From: Myxococcota bacterium | GTDB taxonomy: Bacteria; Myxococcota_A; Polyangia; Polyangiales; Sandaracinaceae | Reading direction: 5' to 3' | Assembly (NCBI GenBank): GCA_036149055.1 | Contig: JAYZQJ010000168.1 | Span: 1 to 17,901 of the forward strand | DNA: 17,901 nt | Shown here: piece by piece, positions 1 through 10,403 of the stretch | Position numbering within the stretch: position 1 is the first letter of the stretch | Layout of the letters: each line of letters begins with the position of its first letter | The notes under the pieces: model-generated | What the model was told of the DNA's origin: nothing | Databases searched by the model: none | The model's input: only the letters and a program-made list of their open reading frames with translations | Position numbers and translations under genes: made by a program

Positions 1-215
1 GGCCCGTGCCCATGCCCGTGCCGTTGCCGGTGGGGAGTGGTTGGCGCGCGCCGCTGCTTTCGCTCGGAGCTCCTGGGATGGGGGCGAATCCGCCCCGATC
101 CTCGACGACGTCTCGAGACCCGCGCCCCCCGCTCCGTCTGCCCCCGCCCCCCGGTCGCCGACGCGCGCCCCCCAATGTGCCGCACGCGCCCCCTCGATCG
201 CGGGATACGCCCCCC

Positions 216-402
216 GAGGGGGCGGGTCTCCGGAATGAGGGGGCGGGTCTCCGGAATGAGGGGGCGCATCTCCGGAATCAGGGGGCGCATCACCGGAATC
301 AGGGGGCGCATCTCCGGAATGAGGGGGCGCATCTCCGGAATGAGGGGGCGCATCTCCGGAATGAGGGGGCGCATCCCCGGAATGAGGGGGCGCATCCCGG
401 AA
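216..402. repeat. 21-bp tandem repeat, consensus GAGGGGGCGCATCTCCGGAAT, 8 full copies plus a partial ninth
   Basis: Units start at 216, 237, 258, 279, 300, 321, 342, 363 and 384 with only a few substitutions each. There are no spacers. Degenerate copies continue to about 458. Confidence 0.95.
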
Positions 403-559
403 GGGCACATCCCCGAACTGGGAGGCACTTCCCCAAATGAGGAGGCGCCTCCCGAGACCGGGCCGAGCCGGATGTGCTCGTCGTCGACGCAGATTGCAGG
501 GGAGAGGGGAGGTGGGAGGCGAAGAGGAATAGGTAGGCGAGCCGGCCGCCGCCCTCGCT

Positions 560-720
560 CCCGCCGCCGCACCCGCTTCCGGACCCGCTTCCGGACCCGC
601 TTCCGCTGCCGGACCCGCTTCCGCTGCCGGACCCGCCCCCGCTGCCGCCGCCGCACCCGCTGCCGCTGCCGGCCCCGCTGCCGCTGCCGCACCCGCTGCC
701 GGTGCCGCTGCCGCCGTCGC
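560..720. repeat. Imperfect hexamer-based repeat tract (CCGCTG/CCGCTT/CCGGAC/CCGCAC units)
   Basis: Directly visible run such as ccggacccgcttccgctgccggacccgcttccgctg. It translates only to low-complexity RT/RF/RC or GS repeats. Confidence 0.9.
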
Positions 721-820
721 CACGAGGCCGTCGCCCCCGACGCCTTCCGGGCCGACGAAGCTCGCTCCGCCACCCCGCCCCCCGAGAAACCCCTCCCCCG
801 ACTCTGGTAAACCTCCGGAC

Positions 821-1381
821 GTGGGCTTCCTCGACCGCGTCTTCCGCCGTCGCATCCGCGACCTCTCCACCGTCGAAGGCCCGACGCGCGTCGAGCTCCG
901 CTGCGAGGTCACCTCCCCCCAGACGACACGCAGCCCCGTCAGCGGCCGATCGGCCGCCCTGATCGCGTGGCGCCTCATGGCCCAGCGCTCCCGCAGCGGC
1001 GACACCTCCAACAACGCCACCGAGACCCTCTACGACGTGCTCTCCAGCGGCCTCTACGGCCCGGACACGCTCTCGCTGTCCCACGAAGGCGAGCGACTCG
1101 AGGTCCCGCTCGCCTACGCCCGGCTCGCGCTGGTCGAGGATCCGCGGGACGGCCAGCTCCTCAGCCCGGTGCCCCCGGAGCTCGCCGAGGCGGTCGAGCG
1201 CCTCCGCACCGACAAACCCATCGCGTACCGGGAGGCCTTCCTCCTCCAGGGCGACTCCGTCTCGCTCGAGGCCACGGTCGAGCGGGTGTCGAGCGCCGGC
1301 TCCGGCTACCGCGACCGCGGCGCCGGCCCGACCTTCCGCGCCGCGCTCGACGAGCCGATCGTGATCCGCGACCTCACCTGA
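821..1381 (+). CDS. Hypothetical protein, GIDE-domain-like (186 aa)
   Basis: GTG-start ORF with G/C-ending codons. SPVSGRSAALIAW, YREAFLLQGDSVSLEATV and GYRD resemble the soluble GIDE-like proteins common in myxobacteria. Family call is from motif recall only. Confidence 0.65.
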   Translation: MGFLDRVFRRRIRDLSTVEGPTRVELRCEVTSPQTTRSPVSGRSAALIAWRLMAQRSRSGDTSNNATETLYDVLSSGLYGPDTLSLSHEGERLEVPLAYARLALVEDPRDGQLLSPVPPELAEAVERLRTDKPIAYREAFLLQGDSVSLEATVERVSSAGSGYRDRGAGPTFRAALDEPIVIRDLT

Positions 1382-1428
1382 CCCCCTCGTCGTCGGCGGG
1401 AGAGGATGACCCCCATCGACCGGACGGC

Positions 1429-1434
1429 TACCCT
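1429..1434 (+). promoter_or_regulatory. Candidate -10 hexamer (TACCCT) for a leaderless transcript
   Basis: TANNNT hexamer lies 6 nt upstream of the GTG at 1441, with no Shine-Dalgarno in between. Confidence 0.4.
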
Positions 1435-1440
1435 CGACCG

Positions 1441-3057
1441 GTGCGACGCGCCGCCTGGCTCTCCCTCCTCCTCTGCGTCACCGCGCCCGGGTGCGGCGGC
1501 TCGGACGAGCTGGACGCGGGCGAGCCCGACGCGGGGCGCGTCGACGCCGGGCCGACCGAGCCCGACGCGGGGCCGCCGATCACCGGCTGCCACCTCGCGG
1601 GGGACGGCGGGCTCGCGCCCGACCCCGGCGACCTCCCCGCGCCCGACGCCTTCGACCCGCCCACCGGGCCCGGCGCGCCGTCGACCGCCTTCACCGCCGA
1701 CCAGCTCGGCGCGCCCTGCGCCTACCTCCCGGTCGGCGAGACCGACGAGGGCCACCACAACACCGGCTTCTTCCTCGACGGCTACCTCGTCCGCCCCTGG
1801 GCGCACGAGCGCGGGCGCGGCGGGGTGGCGGTGTGGGACGTCTCGGCGCCTTGCGCCCCCGAGCTGGTCGCGAACGTGCTCGACGAGCAAATCCGCGAGA
1901 CCCACTCCACCGGCCTGTCGCGCATCGGCGGCCGCTGGATCGCGGTGGCCTCGCTCGGCGGCGTGCAGTTCTGGGACGTGACCGACGTGACCGCGCCGTC
2001 GATGGCCTTCGACCTCGCGCTCGAGGGCGTGCGCTACCCGGACTCCTATCGCCACGTGGTCATGAGCGTCTTCTGGCAGGCGCCCTACCTCTACGTCGGC
2101 GCGTCCGACAACGGCATCTTCGTCGTCGACGCGACCGATCCGACGGCGCCGAGCGTGGTGGGGCGCTGGAGCGCGGTGCCCGAGTTCCGGATCGGCCAGG
2201 TGATCGTGATCGGCAACCTGCTCTACGCGTTCTCGAGCGAGGGCAGCGTCGCCGCGGTGGTCGACGTGCGGGACCCGAGCGCGCCCCGCGCGATCCCCGG
2301 GGGGCGCTGGTCGATCAGCAACGGCGAGACGGATCGATTCGATCGGCCGCTCCCCCTGCCCGCGTACTTCGGCCACGTGAGCGGCGGCTACGCCTACCAC
2401 CCGCGCATCGGCATCGGCGGCGGGCTCGCCATCTTCGACGTGCGCGACCCGACGAACCCGACGTTCGCCGGCGACTTCGACGCCCCCGACGGCGACGGCG
2501 GCTACGTGTTCCTCAAGGAGGGCGTCGCCTACGTCGGGCTCAGCGACTACGGCGCGGCCATCGACGTGACCGACCCGAGCGCGCCCGAGCTGCTCATGCG
2601 CTTCGAGCTGACCGGCGACCTCGACACCGTGACGCCCTTCGGCAACGTGGCGCTGGTGAGCGTCGACGACGACGCGGTCGACGGGCAGGCGAGCGCGATC
2701 GTGCCGGTGTTCGAGGCGGTCGACCGCCGCGGCCCCACGGTGAACATGGTGGTGCCGACCGACGGCGCGACCGACCAGCCGCTCTCCACCCGGGTGGGGC
2801 TGACCTTCGACGAGTTCGTGGAGATGAACAGCGTCTGGCGGGGCTCGGTGATCCTGCGCGAGGCGGAGAGCGGGCGGGTCGTCGAGGCGCACCTCTCCGG
2901 GCAGGAGGGCGTGGTGAGCCTCTGGCCCACGCGGCCGCTCTCGCCGGCGACGACCTACACGCTGACGGTGCCGGCGGGCGGGGTGACCGACCTGAACGGG
3001 AACCCGACGACGTCCACGTTCCGCGCGACCTTCACCACCGTCGCCTGCGCCGAGTAG
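1441..3057 (+). CDS. Lipoprotein with LVIVD-repeat beta-propeller and C-terminal SbsA/Big_5-type Ig-like domain (538 aa)
   Basis: In frame with ORF 967..3057. GTG 1441 gives signal peptide MRRAAWLSLLLCVTAPG-C. LVIVD-type blades include YLYVGASDNGIFVVDATDPTAP, GLAIFDVRDPTNP and AYVGLSDYGAAIDVTDPSAP. Ig-like tail reads PTVNMVVPTDGATDQPLSTRVGLTFDE...LSPATTYTLTVPAGGVTDLNGN...FTT. Confidence 0.85.
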   Translation: MRRAAWLSLLLCVTAPGCGGSDELDAGEPDAGRVDAGPTEPDAGPPITGCHLAGDGGLAPDPGDLPAPDAFDPPTGPGAPSTAFTADQLGAPCAYLPVGETDEGHHNTGFFLDGYLVRPWAHERGRGGVAVWDVSAPCAPELVANVLDEQIRETHSTGLSRIGGRWIAVASLGGVQFWDVTDVTAPSMAFDLALEGVRYPDSYRHVVMSVFWQAPYLYVGASDNGIFVVDATDPTAPSVVGRWSAVPEFRIGQVIVIGNLLYAFSSEGSVAAVVDVRDPSAPRAIPGGRWSISNGETDRFDRPLPLPAYFGHVSGGYAYHPRIGIGGGLAIFDVRDPTNPTFAGDFDAPDGDGGYVFLKEGVAYVGLSDYGAAIDVTDPSAPELLMRFELTGDLDTVTPFGNVALVSVDDDAVDGQASAIVPVFEAVDRRGPTVNMVVPTDGATDQPLSTRVGLTFDEFVEMNSVWRGSVILREAESGRVVEAHLSGQEGVVSLWPTRPLSPATTYTLTVPAGGVTDLNGNPTTSTFRATFTTVACAE

Positions 3058-3059
3058 AC

Positions 3060-5201
3060 GTGCTCGGGCTCGCGCGACAGGGAGGCCCGAAGATCGCGGC
3101 GTCGCTCGCCCTGCTGCTCGGGTGTGGCCCGGGGGCGGCGGGCGGCGACGACGCGGGCGCGCGGCTGTCGGTGCGGATCGAGGGGCCGGCGCACGCGTTC
3201 GTGGGGGAGGAGGCGTGCTTCTCGGCGCGCTTCGTCCCGCCGGGGGAGGCGCGCTGGACCCTGGGCGGCGGCGACGTCGAGGAGGGGGCGGAGATCTGCC
3301 GCGTCTTCGAGGTGGTGGGGCCGCGGGTGCTCGGGGTCACCGTGCTGCGGGGGGCGATGCGGGCCGAGGCGACGCACGCGGTGACGGTGGTCTTCCGCCC
3401 GTCGGAGCCGCGGCCGACCCGCGCGAGCCCGATCCACGTGAGCGACACACGCGGCTGGGTGGTGAGCCCGGACGCGGACCGGATCGCGATCTTCTCCACC
3501 GACCCTCCCGCGCTCGCGCGCGAGGTCGAGGTCGGCGCGCGTCCGCGCAGCCTCGCGGTGAGCGACGACGTGCTCGCGGTGGCCTGTCAGGGGGACGCGA
3601 CCGTGCACCTCCTGTCGACGGACGGCGCGCCGCGCCGGGTGGTCGCGCTCGACCGGGGCAGCGAGCCCTGGTCGATCCTCGCCGACCCTCGGGGCGGCGG
3701 CTTCTTCGTCGCGCTCCGCACCGGGGTGATCGTCGCGCTCGACCTCGAGGGGAGCGAGCGGAGCCGGGTCGAGGTCGGCCCGGAGCCGCGCGGCATGGCG
3801 ATGAACGCCGAGGGCGCGCTGATCGCGACCCGCTGGCGCTCCACCCTCGAGGGCGCGCACGTCTACACCGTCGACGCGTCCGATCCGGGCGCGCTCGCGC
3901 TCACCGGCGAGACCCTGATGCCGCGGCAGGAGGGCCTCGACAGCGACACCGACAACAGCGGGGTGCTCGGCTTCCTCGACGCGCTCGCCCCGAGCCCCGA
4001 CGGCGGCCGGGTCGTGATCCCCGCGCTCAAGGCGAACGTGGTCACCGGCCGCTTCCGCACCGGCGAGGACCTCACCAGCCAGACCACCGCCCGGGCCGCG
4101 CTCGGCGAGGTCCTGATCGGCGCGCCCGACGCCCTCGCCCGGGACAGCTTCCGCCACTCCTTCGACGACCTCGACCGCGCCTCGGCCGGGGTCTTCTCGC
4201 CGCTCGGGGACCGGCTCTTCCTCGCGATGATGGGCGCGCAGGTCGTGGTCGTGGTCGACGGCTTCGACTTCTTCAGCGTGGCCAGCATCGACGGCGTCGG
4301 GGAGGCGCCGCAGGGCCTGGCGCTCTCCCCCGACGGACGGACTCTCTACGTGCACGCCTTTCTGTCGCGCAGCGTGCGCGTCTACGACGTCTCGTCGCTG
4401 TCGCGCGAGCCGCCGCTGGTGGGCGAGATCCCGACCACCGCCACCGAGCCGCTCGCGCCCGAGGTGCTCGAGGGCAAGCGCCTCTTCTTCCGCAGCCGGG
4501 ACCCTCGCATGAGCCGCACCAGCTACCTGTCCTGCGCGTCGTGCCACCTCGACGGCGAGAGCGACGGGCTCAGCTGGGACTTCACCCAGCGGGGCGAGGG
4601 GGTGCGGGACACGATCTCGCTGCGCGGCCGGGCGGGGGCGGCGCCGCTGCACTGGAGCGCGAACTTCGACGAGGTGCAGGACTTCGAGCACGACATCCGG
4701 TCGGCGCAGGGCGGCGAGGGCTTCCTCGACGACGCGCTCCTCGAGGCGGATCCGCTGGGCGCGCCGAAGGCGGGGCGCTCGGCCGAGCTCGACGCGCTCG
4801 CCGCCTACGTGGTGAGCCTGAGCGCGCACGGCGAGAGCCCGGAGACCGCCGACGCGGCGACGGTGGCCCGGGGGGAGGCGGTCTTCCGCGCCGCCGGCTG
4901 CGACGCCTGCCACGCCGGGCCGGAGTACACCGACAGCGGGTTCGTGGACGGCGCGCCGATCCTTCACGACGTCGGCACCCTCGGCCCGGCGAGCGGCGGT
5001 CGGCTCGGCGGCCCGCTCCCCGGCCTCGACACGCCCTCGCTCCGCGGCCTCTGGCGCAGCGCGCCCTACCTGCACGACGGCTCCGCCCCGACGCTCCGCG
5101 CCGTACTGCTCGACCGCAACCCGGACGATCGACACGGCGTGACCTCGTCGCTGAGCGAAGACGCGCTGGCCGATCTCGAGGCCTTCCTGCGCGCGCTGTG
5201 A
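3060..5201 (+). CDS. Lipoprotein: PKD-like domain + YncE/YVTN beta-propeller + di-heme cytochrome c (bCcP/MauG superfamily) domain (713 aa)
   Basis: In frame with ORF 1491..5201. GTG 3060 is 2 nt after the previous stop and gives lipobox LLG-C. Propeller repeats include VEVGARPRSLAV, VEVGPEPRGMAM and VGEAPQGLALSPDGRTLYV. Heme motifs are CASCH (4533-4547) and CDACH (4899-4913). Also GKRLFF, LHWSANFDE and TPSLRGLWRSAPYLHDGSAPTL. Confidence 0.88.
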   Translation: MLGLARQGGPKIAASLALLLGCGPGAAGGDDAGARLSVRIEGPAHAFVGEEACFSARFVPPGEARWTLGGGDVEEGAEICRVFEVVGPRVLGVTVLRGAMRAEATHAVTVVFRPSEPRPTRASPIHVSDTRGWVVSPDADRIAIFSTDPPALAREVEVGARPRSLAVSDDVLAVACQGDATVHLLSTDGAPRRVVALDRGSEPWSILADPRGGGFFVALRTGVIVALDLEGSERSRVEVGPEPRGMAMNAEGALIATRWRSTLEGAHVYTVDASDPGALALTGETLMPRQEGLDSDTDNSGVLGFLDALAPSPDGGRVVIPALKANVVTGRFRTGEDLTSQTTARAALGEVLIGAPDALARDSFRHSFDDLDRASAGVFSPLGDRLFLAMMGAQVVVVVDGFDFFSVASIDGVGEAPQGLALSPDGRTLYVHAFLSRSVRVYDVSSLSREPPLVGEIPTTATEPLAPEVLEGKRLFFRSRDPRMSRTSYLSCASCHLDGESDGLSWDFTQRGEGVRDTISLRGRAGAAPLHWSANFDEVQDFEHDIRSAQGGEGFLDDALLEADPLGAPKAGRSAELDALAAYVVSLSAHGESPETADAATVARGEAVFRAAGCDACHAGPEYTDSGFVDGAPILHDVGTLGPASGGRLGGPLPGLDTPSLRGLWRSAPYLHDGSAPTLRAVLLDRNPDDRHGVTSSLSEDALADLEAFLRAL

Positions 5202-10249
<5,048 letters not shown>

Positions 10250-10256
10250 CGGGCAT

Positions 10257-10293
10257 GGATGACAGGTCTCGTCACGGATGACAATCGACGTCG
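10257..10293. promoter_or_regulatory. Two tandem TGAC-N7-GTC(A/G) dyads, candidate enhancer (UAS) sites
   Basis: TGACaggtctcGTCA at 10260-10274 and TGACaatcgacGTCG at 10279-10293. Both are preceded by GGA and are 19 bp apart. They lie about 55-90 bp upstream of the sigma54 -24 element. Confidence 0.5.
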
Positions 10294-10347
10294 CCGCCCG
10301 GGCCCCGAGCCGGCGCCGATCGGAGCGCGCCGCCCCACGCCGCCCTC

Positions 10348-10363
10348 GGGCACGACGGTTGCT
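10348..10363 (+). promoter_or_regulatory. Sigma54 (RpoN) -24/-12 promoter
   Basis: gGGCACGacggTTGCt matches consensus TGGCACG-N4-TTGCW, with GG (10349-10350) and GC (10361-10362) exactly 10 nt apart. It is about 40 nt upstream of ATG 10404 and divergent from an EBP gene. Confidence 0.85.
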
Positions 10364-10403
10364 GTGCCCCGCGCCCGTGCCCCTTGGACTCGGAGGTCGC
10401 TGG

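Noticed and set aside
216..402. 21-bp array as a CRISPR array
   Set aside because: Units are head-to-tail with no unique spacers, and there are no cas genes in the window.
6..810. ORFs 6..440 (+), 37..810 (+) and 299..1084 (-) as genes
   Set aside because: They stay open only because they cross stop-free tandem repeats. The products are low-complexity, have no recognisable domain, and one is antisense to the 821..1381 gene.
967..1440. N-terminal extension of ORF 967..3057
   Set aside because: It overlaps the 821..1381 gene and is Arg/Pro-rich off-frame sequence. The signal peptide begins at GTG 1441.
1491..3059. N-terminal 523 codons of ORF 1491..5201
   Set aside because: This is an alternative-frame read of the LVIVD gene. 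The real protein starts at GTG 3060 with its own lipobox.
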